Shown piece after piece: positions 31,065-40,656 of a DNA stretch of 64,000 nucleotides. Positions within the stretch are counted from its first letter, which is position 1; every line of letters begins with the position of its first letter. This stretch comes from Gammaproteobacteria bacterium (GTDB lineage: Bacteria; Pseudomonadota; Gammaproteobacteria; Eutrophobiales; Eutrophobiaceae): NCBI GenBank assembly GCA_965202915.1, contig OZ241847.1:1601288-1665287 (forward strand), read 5' to 3'. The notes under the pieces were generated by a model. The model was not told the origin of the DNA. It worked only from the letters and a program-made list of their open reading frames with translations, and did not search any database. Both the position numbers and the translations under genes were made by a program.

Positions 31065-31198
31065 GGGCGACGACAGCGAGGTTTCAACTACCTGGCGAAA
31101 GTCATCACGGGAGTGAAATTCAAAGAGGGAATCGAGGTACCCAAATCAAACCAGGTCGCCGCCTGACTCAGATATTTAAACACCACTTTTGACAATAA
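31065..31198 (+). repeat. Mobile-element-end-like repeat, copy 2. It forms the left inverted repeat of a 1 kb cargo unit.
   Basis: Translates as '..RGFNYLAKVITGVKFKEGIEVPKSNQVAA*'. About 75-80% identical to 8750-8880. Confidence 0.6.
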
Positions 31199-31287
31199 CT
31201 CAAGGATGTGTTCCCATCAATATTAGCAAAGTAAACAGGTGTTGCGAATAGCTGTTTCGTGCACAAGTTTTCTTCTCGGAGATATAA

Positions 31288-32145
31288 ATGAGATTAATCG
31301 TTCTTACACTATTTCTGCTTTCAGCTTCACTCAGCTGGTCCAGCGAAATTTCACTAGGCGGAGTTTCATTGGAAATTCCCAACCCCACAGGATTCAGTGC
31401 TGTCACGCAAAAAATGACACTACTATATGAATATCTGAAATAATTTGTGCACCCAGGGAATGAAGAGTTTATCACTTTCATTCCGGATGCCGATGTAGCG
31501 GCTGTTCTGAAAGATGAAATACCAGATATGCCTCGACGCTTTGCGGTTCAAGCCGCCAAAAGTTCAATAGAAGTATCGTTAACCAGCTCAGATTTTGCGA
31601 CCTTTAAAAAAATCGTCAGATCCCAAAACACGGAGTTAATAAAAAAGGTCGAAGCTCAATTACCTGAGTTGATGGGCAAAGTGAATGAAGGAATAAAAGA
31701 GAAATTCGATGTCGAGATCGCTCTTTCAGTTTTTCAAGTGGTACCGCTGCCTGTACATGAAGAGACTGAACGTACACTAGCTTATTCTTCACTAGTAAAA
31801 TATGACATGAAAGATGAAATGGGTAATCCTACTGCCTTTGTGGGTGTTAGCACCGCTACATTCGTGCACGTCAAAGGGAAAGTATTGTTTCTATACTCAT
31901 ACGCTGAAGAGTCCGGTCTAGAGTGGAGCCAGCAAGCTTCACATAAATGGGCTAGCGATGTCGTTACTTCTAATCCATCGGCTTTCCAAGCAATGCTTAA
32001 GGAGACAATTCCATCCAGCGTTTTGGGATTTGATTGGGGTAAGATTGCAGAAAATGTCGTAATAGGCGCAATTATGGGTCTAGTTATTGTTTTACTTGGT
32101 TGTTTTTTCAAGTCCTCAAACCGGATGAACGATAAGCGTAATTAG
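31288..32145 (+). pseudogene. Secreted or membrane-anchored hypothetical protein (signal peptide plus C-terminal TM anchor) interrupted by an in-frame TAA at 31441-31443.
   Basis: 31288-31440 encodes 'MRLIVLTLFLLSASLSWSS..'. This is in the same frame as the 232-aa ORF at 31447-32145, which uses a GTG start. A single stop codon separates the two. Confidence 0.45.
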
Positions 32146-32165
32146 ATGAACGATAAGCGTAATTA
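32123..32165. repeat. Perfect 21-bp tandem duplication 'gatgaacgataagcgtaatta' repeated twice.
   Basis: Visible in the sequence. It spans the stop codon of the preceding ORF and abuts the inverted repeat copy. Confidence 0.8.
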
Positions 32166-32235
32166 ATTGTCAAAAGTGGTGTTCAGGAACCTCAATTAGG
32201 CGGCGACCTGGTTTGATTCGGTTACCTCGATTTCC
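32165..32235 (-). repeat. Mobile-element-end-like repeat, copy 3, inverted. It forms the right inverted repeat of the 1 kb cargo unit.
   Basis: Its reverse complement matches 31120-31198. Confidence 0.6.
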
Positions 32236-32330
32236 AAACCATATAACATAACCACTTATAATCAATTCTCATACAAAACTCAATTACCGCAGGGAATGTC
32301 GCTAACTGGCGTGTTATGTGCGGTTATTTT

Positions 32331-32775
32331 TCAGTTGTTATAACCATACTTTTTATCTCTATTAATATTGAAGACACGCTTCAGGTACGACGTCCAAGTC
32401 ATGGACACCCTACGCTCAACCGGCGTTGGCGGCTCATCGGCTACCCAGGCCTTGTTACCCTTGCCCTGCTTTGCCGGTCTGCACAACGCCCGGTGCCAGC
32501 TGTTCAGCGCAAACACCCCGTGGAAACCGATGAGATTGACTCTGGGCCTGGGGATCAGAGCGACCAGCCGGGCAATGAAATCCAGCGGCTCGAAGATGAC
32601 ATGCGTGGTGCCGTCCCGATACGGGGGCTTGACCGGTGGACGTTGCCACCGGGCGTTAGTGACGGGTGCTTTTCCGACACCGCCGGGCGACTGATGTAAC
32701 GGCACAGTCGTTCGAGCTTCTTACGTTCATCGGCCTTGGCCACCACCGATTTTGGTATCATCAATTTACCCATGC
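32331..32775 (-). mobile_element. IS91-family (rolling-circle HUH) transposase remnant. It is truncated at the N-terminus, frameshifted, and truncated at the C-terminus.
   Basis: 'LERLCRYISRPAVSEK..' and 'YRDGTTHVIFEPLDFIARLVALIPRPRVNLIGFHGVFALNS..LKRVFNI' resemble IS91/IS801/ISCR transposase C-terminal regions. The reading is split across two frames and overlaps spurious high-GC ORFs. Confidence 0.5.
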
Positions 32776-32814
32776 CGTATTACTTTGGGTTTGAAATAAT
32801 GACATTTCAAATCT

Positions 32815-33564
32815 TCATGTTTGCTTTGGTTTTTCTATTCCGGAATTAAACTGAACCAGCTGATCCCAATCAATCTCTCCATTATTTTTGCAAAATATAT
32901 CCGCAAATTCTCTGGTAAATTTATTAATCATCCGTGAATATGATATTAAAAAGTCATCGTTTCTCTCTTTGGCTTGATAACCAAGCGGCTCAATAATTTT
33001 CGTAAACAGATCACCATCACCTGAAATAAACTCCCAAAATTGTTGGCCGCAGTACTTGAAATAATCACCCTTATCAGGGTTGCGGTCTTTGCCATAGCAG
33101 CAACCATTTACAGCAATGATATTTAGTTGGGAATTGCCGGTTCTCAATGTTCTTTTTGCCGTTGTGAAATCTGTTTTCATCTTGGTTATTTGGGAACTAT
33201 TACCCCAGTTGGGTCCGGACTTAATGTTTACAATGTATCTCTTGTTACCAGTGTCGAATTCAAGATCAACGCCGGTGATACCGGATTTACGACCACCATA
33301 AACTTTACCGTTAATGAAAATAGCGAGACCTTCCAGCCAATCTCCAAAAATCGTTTCTTCATTTGATGATATATGGGCATCGACCAGACCGTTTATGATT
33401 TGTTCAGCGGTTAGAACATATTTAGCCTTGAACAGGTATGGGTTTTTTCGCTTGAGAACATTCGATAACCTTAATGCATCAAGGCATTGAATGCGTTTCT
33501 GATGAAACCCCCCTATATTTTTCTCAACATAAAGTAATACATCTCTAGGGTTTAATGGCTTCAT
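32815..33564 (-). CDS. Putative type II restriction endonuclease, downstream of and overlapping the methyltransferase gene.
   Basis: AT-rich. A 20-nt overlap with the upstream methyltransferase suggests an operon. No family recognised. Confidence 0.45.
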   Translation of the reverse strand: MKPLNPRDVLLYVEKNIGGFHQKRIQCLDALRLSNVLKRKNPYLFKAKYVLTAEQIINGLVDAHISSNEETIFGDWLEGLAIFINGKVYGGRKSGITGVDLEFDTGNKRYIVNIKSGPNWGNSSQITKMKTDFTTAKRTLRTGNSQLNIIAVNGCCYGKDRNPDKGDYFKYCGQQFWEFISGDGDLFTKIIEPLGYQAKERNDDFLISYSRMINKFTREFADIFCKNNGEIDWDQLVQFNSGIEKPKQT

Positions 33565-34402
33565 ATTTTGCCTTCGATTCGAGTAGGTATGTCTCGACCG
33601 GGTTTAATCGTTTTCTTACCATCTCACAATACTCTGAAACAATGTCGATACCTACTGAGTTGCGCCTCATCCTGTTGGCGATAATCAATGTTGTCCCTGA
33701 TCCCATAAATGGATCAAGCACCGTATCTTTTTCTTTCGTGAACAATTTTATAAACCATTCAGGTAATGCCATGGGAAACGTTGCACTATGATTTTTATTG
33801 GCGCACTCGGTAGCCAAATGTAAAACATTGGTTGGATATGCCTTATCTCTATCAAGCCAATTTGAAATATTTTTACCAAATCCGCTTCCCACTTTTGAAT
33901 TATCACGAGTTTTATCTATTTCGGAAAGATTTTTTAATCTTGAATTTGCCCACTCGCCCATTGGCACCATAACCGCCTCTTGATACATATTGAATTTGCG
34001 GTTTTTATTAAACTGAAGCAATCTCTCCCACGCGTCTCGAAATCTGTTCGGCCATTTACCCGGATAGCAATTTTTTTTATGCCAAATAAACTCTTCAGTC
34101 CATAACCACCCCTGCCTGCGCATTGCTAAAATGAGCTCCATTACATAAGTACTGCGCTCTCCCTGAATGACTTTTTCTTTAATGTTTAAGACAAAGGTCC
34201 CGGTTGGTTTAAGGACGCGCAAAAGTTGCTCTGAAGCAGGTAAGAACCAATCAACGTATTTATTCGGATGAATACCGCCATAGACGTCCTTTCGTTGGTC
34301 CGCATAAGGAGGTGATGTAATGATGAGATCAATAGAATCATCCGGGAGCAGTTTTAATTGCTCTTTACTGTCTCCGATGTATATATCTGTCGTGATTTTC
34401 AT
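33545..34402 (-). CDS. Beta-class DNA methyltransferase (N6A/N4C).
   Basis: 'ITSPPY' motif IV, then 'DPFMGSGTTLIIA' motif I. Confidence 0.85.
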   Translation of the reverse strand: MKITTDIYIGDSKEQLKLLPDDSIDLIITSPPYADQRKDVYGGIHPNKYVDWFLPASEQLLRVLKPTGTFVLNIKEKVIQGERSTYVMELILAMRRQGWLWTEEFIWHKKNCYPGKWPNRFRDAWERLLQFNKNRKFNMYQEAVMVPMGEWANSRLKNLSEIDKTRDNSKVGSGFGKNISNWLDRDKAYPTNVLHLATECANKNHSATFPMALPEWFIKLFTKEKDTVLDPFMGSGTTLIIANRMRRNSVGIDIVSEYCEMVRKRLNPVETYLLESKAKYEAIKP

Positions 34403-34533
34403 TTAATACGTTTATTGTAGGAAAGATTTTATCGATATTGGGTTATGCTACTTAACCGGTTATAACAATACAAGTAAGACACCATTAGAAAATAGCGGCT
34501 TCCAATAATAGAAAAAATTCGATTTCATAATAA

Positions 34534-35517
34534 TCATAATAGTATTGTTTGCTTGTCACTGACTGCGTCATCCAATTTTACCTTTGTCTGCTCATTCAGC
34601 GTATTACGCTCCCAAAATATACCCTCAGCATATCCTTGAATTGCCCGGTCTGCAGTCGCATTCAGCAATCGCTTCTGAGCCCAGCAACAATACTCGGCGT
34701 TTATCTCAACAGCGGTAAATTTGCGATGTAATTTCTTTGCCACCACCGCCGTAGTCCCGCTACCCAGGAACGGATCAAGAATAAAATCGCCTTCTTTACT
34801 GCTTGCCAACACGAGCTTGGCAATGAGCTTCTCCGGTTTTTGCGTTGGATGATCGGTATTTTCAGGCATGGACCAAAATGGAATGGATATATCCGTCCAG
34901 ACATTTGCCGGACAGGTCAGCCTGTAGTTGCCGTTTCTCTCTTCTTTCCAATCTTTGGGATCACCGCATGCAGTCCGGTACGGAGCCATAACTTTGCGTT
35001 TCACTTTTACCGAATCAATATCAAAATAATATTCTTTGGATAAGGTACAAAACCATATATCCTCAGTATTATTCTTCCAATTGAATTTTGCCCCCCTGCC
35101 CTTGTCCCTTTCCCACGTTATCCTGTTCCGAATATAAAAAAATTCCTCAAGGATGGGAGATATAACTACCGACGTTTTCCAATCTGAACAAACGTATATC
35201 GTAGCCGACGGCTTGAGCGTATGCGTTACTGATCCCAGCATCTCTCTAAACCACAGGGCATACTGACGTTTTTCTTTTTGTTTGAACGGACGGCCGTTAT
35301 AATCTTTTGACAGATTATAGGGCGGGTCCAGTATGAGAAGGTCCACACAAGCACTGGGCAAATAATCGACGGCCTGAAAAACGTCCTGATTAATTATTTT
35401 CCCTTCAATGGCCTGAGCCTCTACGCGATGATTCAACATTACCAAATGCTTTGACAATCGTTGAATTTCTTCGTTGGTACACGTTAATGTTCTATTCCTC
35501 GGCGCCCTGCTTTTCAA
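34534..35517 (-). CDS. Beta-class DNA methyltransferase (N6A/N4C), the second methyltransferase of this module.
   Basis: 'ILDPPYN' motif IV, then 'DPFLGSGTTAVVA' motif I. Confidence 0.85.
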   Translation of the reverse strand: MKSRAPRNRTLTCTNEEIQRLSKHLVMLNHRVEAQAIEGKIINQDVFQAVDYLPSACVDLLILDPPYNLSKDYNGRPFKQKEKRQYALWFREMLGSVTHTLKPSATIYVCSDWKTSVVISPILEEFFYIRNRITWERDKGRGAKFNWKNNTEDIWFCTLSKEYYFDIDSVKVKRKVMAPYRTACGDPKDWKEERNGNYRLTCPANVWTDISIPFWSMPENTDHPTQKPEKLIAKLVLASSKEGDFILDPFLGSGTTAVVAKKLHRKFTAVEINAEYCCWAQKRLLNATADRAIQGYAEGIFWERNTLNEQTKVKLDDAVSDKQTILL

Positions 35518-35640
35518 GTTACCGCCTCTCTCTTTTTACCGTTCGCTTAGACACGGGGTTATTGTAGTCACTTTTTGTGTTGGCCGTTAAATTTATTGAC
35601 TTTTGCCCCCCGGGATAAATGCCGGGACTCAGGTCCCAAT

Positions 35641-36807
35641 TTACCGGACCATATTATCCGCACGGCACCATTGAATTGGGTCCACCGGATTACCGTCTTT
35701 GCGGATCTCGAAATACAGTCCGGGCTGAGTCTGTCCGCCGCTGTCTCCGAGGGTGGCGATGATCTCACCGGCCCGCACCCAATCGCCCGCCTTTTTCAGC
35801 AGATTCTGATTATGCCCATACAGGCTCATATAATCATTGCCATGATCGATGATGAGCAGTAAGCCCAGGTTTCTAAACCAATCGGCAAATACCACTTTGC
35901 CGGCACTGATGGTGCGTATATCGGTGCCGGACTCGGCGTCGATTACCACGCCCTGCCATTTCAGATCGCCACTGCGTTTGGGTGAGCCAAAATGGTTGAT
36001 CAATTTTCCCTCGACCGGCCACGCCAGGTTTCCCTTGAGACTGCCAAACGGCGACGTATCGGCAAAAATTTCGGTGGTGGTGGTGGGTTCTTCCGTGCTT
36101 AATTGCTTGAGCAACGCGGCCAGTTCCCGTTCATTTTCCCGCAATGTCCGCAATTCTCCATCCTGTTGGTCTATATATTCCCGCATGCGCTGAATGATCT
36201 CGGTTCGCGAATCTCTGAATGAAGAATATTGCGCAATTTCTTTCTCATGTTGCGACTGTAATCGTTCCAGTGCGTGCGTTTGTCGTTTAATAGATCGTTC
36301 AATGTCAGCGAGGTCTTGCAGTTGTTTGGCGACGCCGTTGATCCGGGTGACTCGAGCGCGGTTATGATAATTATGATAGGCGAGCACGCGGCCGACCAGG
36401 GCAGGATCTTCCTGGTTAAGGATGAGTTTAACGTAATCATTGCGTCCTATTTTATAGGCCACTCTGAGTTGCTCGGCCAGACTCTGTTTTTTGGCGGTCA
36501 GTTCTTTTTGATAGTGCGATTTTTGCCGCACCAGGCCGGCTATGCTTACATTCTGTTCCTCGATTTGGTTTTTGACGTTGTGCAGATTTGTCAACGCCCC
36601 GGCCGCGGCAATTTCACTCTCCATCAATTCTTGCCTTAATTGCCCGGTTTCAACGCGTGCCTGATCAATTTGTTTTTGTACGTCTTTTATCTTGGAGCGA
36701 ACCCGCTCCAATTCTATTTCAGTTTTCTCCTCGGCCACCGCGGCGTGATGAACGCACGCGCCCAACAGGACTGCAAAGAGGTAATGAACAAAACGGACGC
36801 TTGACAC
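35641..36807 (-). CDS. envC: Murein hydrolase activator EnvC (coiled coil plus LytM/M23 domain).
   Basis: Signal peptide, long coiled coil and a C-terminal M23 domain ('HGNDYMSLYGHN'). Confidence 0.85.
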   Translation of the reverse strand: MSSVRFVHYLFAVLLGACVHHAAVAEEKTEIELERVRSKIKDVQKQIDQARVETGQLRQELMESEIAAAGALTNLHNVKNQIEEQNVSIAGLVRQKSHYQKELTAKKQSLAEQLRVAYKIGRNDYVKLILNQEDPALVGRVLAYHNYHNRARVTRINGVAKQLQDLADIERSIKRQTHALERLQSQHEKEIAQYSSFRDSRTEIIQRMREYIDQQDGELRTLRENERELAALLKQLSTEEPTTTTEIFADTSPFGSLKGNLAWPVEGKLINHFGSPKRSGDLKWQGVVIDAESGTDIRTISAGKVVFADWFRNLGLLLIIDHGNDYMSLYGHNQNLLKKAGDWVRAGEIIATLGDSGGQTQPGLYFEIRKDGNPVDPIQWCRADNMVR

Positions 36808-38396
36808 TATTTACCGATGACCTCTCTGGATTTGAAATCCCGCAGTTTAACCAGGCAATGACCGGTCATTTCCTCAGGCGGAGATACCCCCATGATATGC
36901 AACATGGTGGGGGCGATATCGGCCAGGGTGCTGGCATATGAGCAGATAGTCGCCGGGCGGCCGATATATATGAATGGCACCGGATTATCGGTATGGGCCG
37001 TATGGGGTTGGGACTTTATTTTTTCCGTTGTGTAGGTTTTTAATTGCTCAGCATTACCGTGGTCGGCCGTGATCAGTATTTCGCCGCCCACCTTATCCGC
37101 CGTCTCTATTATTTTACCCAGGCATTTGTCTATGGTTTCTATTGCCTTAATGGTGGCGTTGAAATTGCCGGTGTGACCCACCATATCGGCGTTGGCAAAA
37201 TTGCAGATGATCACGTCATACTTGCGGCTGTTGATCGCCTCAATCATGTGATCGGTGACTGCAAAAGCGCTCATTTCCGGCCGCTTGTCATAAGTGCGCA
37301 CGCGCGGCGAGGGGATTAAAATACGATCTTCACCGTCGAAGACCCGCTCTTCACCGCCATTAAAGAAAAAAGTCACGTGGGCATATTTTTCGGTCTCCGC
37401 AATACGCAGTTGCCTCAGTCCCAGATTGGCAATATATTCACCGAATACATTGCTGACGCGGGCCGGCGGAAACGCCACCGGAAACTCAAAATTGGCCTTA
37501 TAAGAAGTCAGGCTGATGAATGAAGCGAGTCTGGGGGTGCGCTCTCGTTCAAAATTTTTAAACTTGGGACTGGTAAACGCCCGGGCAAGTTGGCGCGCCC
37601 GGTCGGCGCGATAATTGGCAAAAATGATCACGTCTCCATCCTCAACCGTAACCGGCGGTTGACTGCCATGAGTGATCGCCGTTGGGCTGACAAATTCATC
37701 GGTTTCACCGCGTGCATAGGCCATATCCAACGCAATGAAGGGATCGATGGACCAGAACTCCGATTTGCCCTGACTGATCAGATCATAAGCCTGCTGAGTA
37801 CGGTCCCAATGCCGGTTGCGGTCCATTGCGTAGTGACGGCCGATAATGGAGGCAAAACGACCCCTGCCAAGCCGGGTAATTTTCTGATGCGCCTTATATA
37901 TGGATTCAGCCGCACTCATCGGCGGAGTATCGCGACCATCAAGAAACGCATGCAGATATAAATTATCAACGTTTCTGTCGGTGGCCAACTGCATCAGTGC
38001 ATGGATATGATCCTCATGGCTGTGGACCCCGCCCGGCGACAACAGGCCGAGAATATGCACGGCCTTATTATTTGCCACCGATTTATCCATGGCCTCGGCA
38101 ATGATCGAATTTTCAAAAAAATCGCCGGCCTGGATTGATTTGCCAATACGGGTGCATTCCTGAGCGGTCACTCGACCGGCGCCTATGGTGATGTGACCCA
38201 CCTCGGAGTTGCCCATTTGCCCCGATGGTAAGCCGACGTCCAGCCCGGACGTGCTCAATAGCGTATGCGGATATTCATTCCAGATATTGTCCCATACCGG
38301 CGTATGAGCGCTATGGATGGCGTTATAGACGGTGTTATCGCTATAACCCCAACCGTCAAGAATCAGCAAAATGATCGGTTTATGGATAAGTTGCAT
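36807..38396 (-). CDS. gpmI: 2,3-bisphosphoglycerate-independent phosphoglycerate mutase.
   Basis: 'LLILDGWG' at the N-terminus and a metalloenzyme domain. Length 529 aa. Confidence 0.95.
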   Translation of the reverse strand: MQLIHKPIILLILDGWGYSDNTVYNAIHSAHTPVWDNIWNEYPHTLLSTSGLDVGLPSGQMGNSEVGHITIGAGRVTAQECTRIGKSIQAGDFFENSIIAEAMDKSVANNKAVHILGLLSPGGVHSHEDHIHALMQLATDRNVDNLYLHAFLDGRDTPPMSAAESIYKAHQKITRLGRGRFASIIGRHYAMDRNRHWDRTQQAYDLISQGKSEFWSIDPFIALDMAYARGETDEFVSPTAITHGSQPPVTVEDGDVIIFANYRADRARQLARAFTSPKFKNFERERTPRLASFISLTSYKANFEFPVAFPPARVSNVFGEYIANLGLRQLRIAETEKYAHVTFFFNGGEERVFDGEDRILIPSPRVRTYDKRPEMSAFAVTDHMIEAINSRKYDVIICNFANADMVGHTGNFNATIKAIETIDKCLGKIIETADKVGGEILITADHGNAEQLKTYTTEKIKSQPHTAHTDNPVPFIYIGRPATICSYASTLADIAPTMLHIMGVSPPEEMTGHCLVKLRDFKSREVIGK

Positions 38397-38664
38397 TTAT
38401 TTCATAAAGCCTTTAGTCTGGGGACGGTGGCCCAATGCAATAGTCGCGTTGCCATCATTCCCGGCGGTGCTCAAGGAAATTATGTTCGTCATAAGGGATA
38501 TCGGTATTTAATATTAATGATTATTGTTATCCTAGCATGAATGCAATCAATACGTGTAGCATAAGCCGGCCGGCGCGAAACTTCTTCGGCAATATTACAG
38601 TTTTAACGGCTCCCGATATCGAGTATCATTTCGTGCTCAATTATTCCCACTCTATGGATACATA

Positions 38665-39093
38665 ATGGAACGACTTCCCGAATTTATAGGTAATCATGCT
38701 TTTCTGGTGTCACTGTTTGTCGTGATCATCAGTTTATTGATATGGGATATATGCAGGAACACGCTCTCGGGTATAAAATCGCTAAGCCCGCCTGAAGTCA
38801 CCCGCTTGATCAATCATGAAAATGCCGCGTTGGTGGACGTGCGCTCACACCCGGATTTTGAGGGCGGACATATTATCAATGCCAGGAATATTCCCGCCAC
38901 CGAGTTGGCCGCCAACCCGGACACACTTAGCCAATACAAGCACCAGGCTGTTATCATTTATTGCGATAATGGGGTGCAATCATCCGCGCAGGCCAAAGTC
39001 TTGCTGAAGCAGGGGTTTGCACAAGTGTATTATATGAAAGGGGGGTTGGTTGAATGGAAAAACGGCCAGCTTCCGTTAACGCGCAAGGTGTGA
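38665..39093 (+). CDS. Rhodanese-domain inner-membrane protein (YibN-like).
   Basis: N-terminal TM helix, rhodanese fold with active-site 'YCDNG', located upstream of secB. Confidence 0.8.
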   Translation: MERLPEFIGNHAFLVSLFVVIISLLIWDICRNTLSGIKSLSPPEVTRLINHENAALVDVRSHPDFEGGHIINARNIPATELAANPDTLSQYKHQAVIIYCDNGVQSSAQAKVLLKQGFAQVYYMKGGLVEWKNGQLPLTRKV

Positions 39094-39096
39094 CCG

Positions 39097-39597
39097 ATGG
39101 CGGTAAAAAATGACTCGGAAGAAAAGCGAACGGCGCAACCGGACGCGACCCCCAAACAAGGCCAGTTTGCAGTACAAAAAATTTATATCAAGGATATCTC
39201 CTTTGAGGCGCCGAACTCCCCCGCAATATTTAAAAAAGATTGGACGCCGGTGGTGGATATGGACGTCTCCAGCGATGCAGCCCCCATCGGCGGCGATTTA
39301 TTCGATGCGGTATTAACGGTCACGGTCACGCTCAAAATAGAGCAGACGACGGTTTATCTGGTCGAGGTTCACCAGGCCGGAATATTCTTAATAAAGAATA
39401 TATCCGATGAGCTTATAAAGCGTATGCTGATGACGACCTGTGCCAACATCCTGTTTCCCTTTGCCCGTGAAGTCATTGCCGATTTGATAACCCGGGGCGG
39501 CTTCCCGCAGTTTTTACTGCAACCGATCAATTTCGATGCCTTGTATATGCAACGGCGGGCCGATATGGAAAAGGCCGCCGTTACAGCCAAAAACTAG
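39097..39597 (+). CDS. secB: Protein-export chaperone SecB.
   Basis: Length about 160 aa, SecB family motifs, and yibN-secB-gpsA synteny. Confidence 0.9.
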   Translation: MAVKNDSEEKRTAQPDATPKQGQFAVQKIYIKDISFEAPNSPAIFKKDWTPVVDMDVSSDAAPIGGDLFDAVLTVTVTLKIEQTTVYLVEVHQAGIFLIKNISDELIKRMLMTTCANILFPFAREVIADLITRGGFPQFLLQPINFDALYMQRRADMEKAAVTAKN

Positions 39598-39648
39598 GCG
39601 CCCTTTTGCCCTCTGAAAAGGAAAATTAATAGCCAAAAACACGTTCCG

Positions 39649-40626
39649 GTGCTGGTGCTTGGCGCCGGTTCCTGGGGTACCGCGCTGGCGGTGCAGTTGA
39701 CAAGCAACGGTCATAGCACCTACCTGTGGGATATTGACGCCGGGCATATTGAAAGCCTGATCGCCCATCGTCGCAATCAACGCCACCTGCCTGAGGTATC
39801 ATTTGCCGACGCGCTGATCCCGGTGGCCAATATTGGAGACGCACCCAATGACGTCAAGAACGTGGTGGTCGCGGTTCCCTGTCATGCACTGCGGAGCACA
39901 CTGGAACGAATAAAATGTATAAAAACGGCCAATGTATGCCTCGCGTGCAAGGGCATCCAACCCGGCCCGCACTGCCTGAATTATGATATTGCCACCGCCA
40001 TTTTACCTGAGGCAACCGTATCGATATTATCCGGCCCGTCCTTTGCCGGAGAAGTGGCACGGGGAACACCCACGGCCGTCACCATCGCCGCCGCCACGAT
40101 AACCCGGGCGGCCCATTTTTCCGCACTGTTCCACAGTAAAACATTTCGCGCTTACACGCATGATGATTTGGTCGGAGTGCAGGTGGGCGGGGCGGTAAAA
40201 AACGTAATGGCCATTGCCGCCGGGATAGCCGATGGTTTGGGTTATGGGGCCAATACCCGCGCCGCGTTGATCACCCGCGGTTTAAATGAGATCCGCCAGC
40301 TAGGCATTGCCCTGGGCGCAAGACCGGAAACATTTATGGGCCTGGCCGGCCTGGGCGACCTGGTCTTGACCTGCACCGATGATCAGTCACGCAACCGCCG
40401 TTTTGGCATAGCCCTGGCGGAGGGTAAGTCACAGGCTCAGGCCAGGGATGAAATTGGCCAGGCGATAGAAGGCGCGCAGACCGCAATCGAGGTCTATCAG
40501 CTTGCATTAAAATACCAGGTGGAAATGCCCATCACTGAGCAGGTGGTCACTGTTCTCGAACAAAAACACTCTCCGAGTGAGGCGGTACAGATACTGCTGT
40601 CGCGTGAGCCCAGATCCGAATCCTGA
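39649..40626 (+). CDS. gpsA: NAD(P)H-dependent glycerol-3-phosphate dehydrogenase.
   Basis: 'VLGAGSWGTALA' Rossmann motif. GTG start as called by the ORF track. Confidence 0.95.
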   Translation: MLVLGAGSWGTALAVQLTSNGHSTYLWDIDAGHIESLIAHRRNQRHLPEVSFADALIPVANIGDAPNDVKNVVVAVPCHALRSTLERIKCIKTANVCLACKGIQPGPHCLNYDIATAILPEATVSILSGPSFAGEVARGTPTAVTIAAATITRAAHFSALFHSKTFRAYTHDDLVGVQVGGAVKNVMAIAAGIADGLGYGANTRAALITRGLNEIRQLGIALGARPETFMGLAGLGDLVLTCTDDQSRNRRFGIALAEGKSQAQARDEIGQAIEGAQTAIEVYQLALKYQVEMPITEQVVTVLEQKHSPSEAVQILLSREPRSES

Positions 40627-40656
40627 GTAGCAGCCCGGCCAAACAGACCGGCCGCG

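Noticed and set aside
32316-32773. Five overlapping high-GC ORFs of 64-127 aa on both strands
   Set aside because: They all lie over the degenerate IS91-family transposase fragment. Only the minus-strand transposase frames look protein-like. The others are GC-driven open frames.
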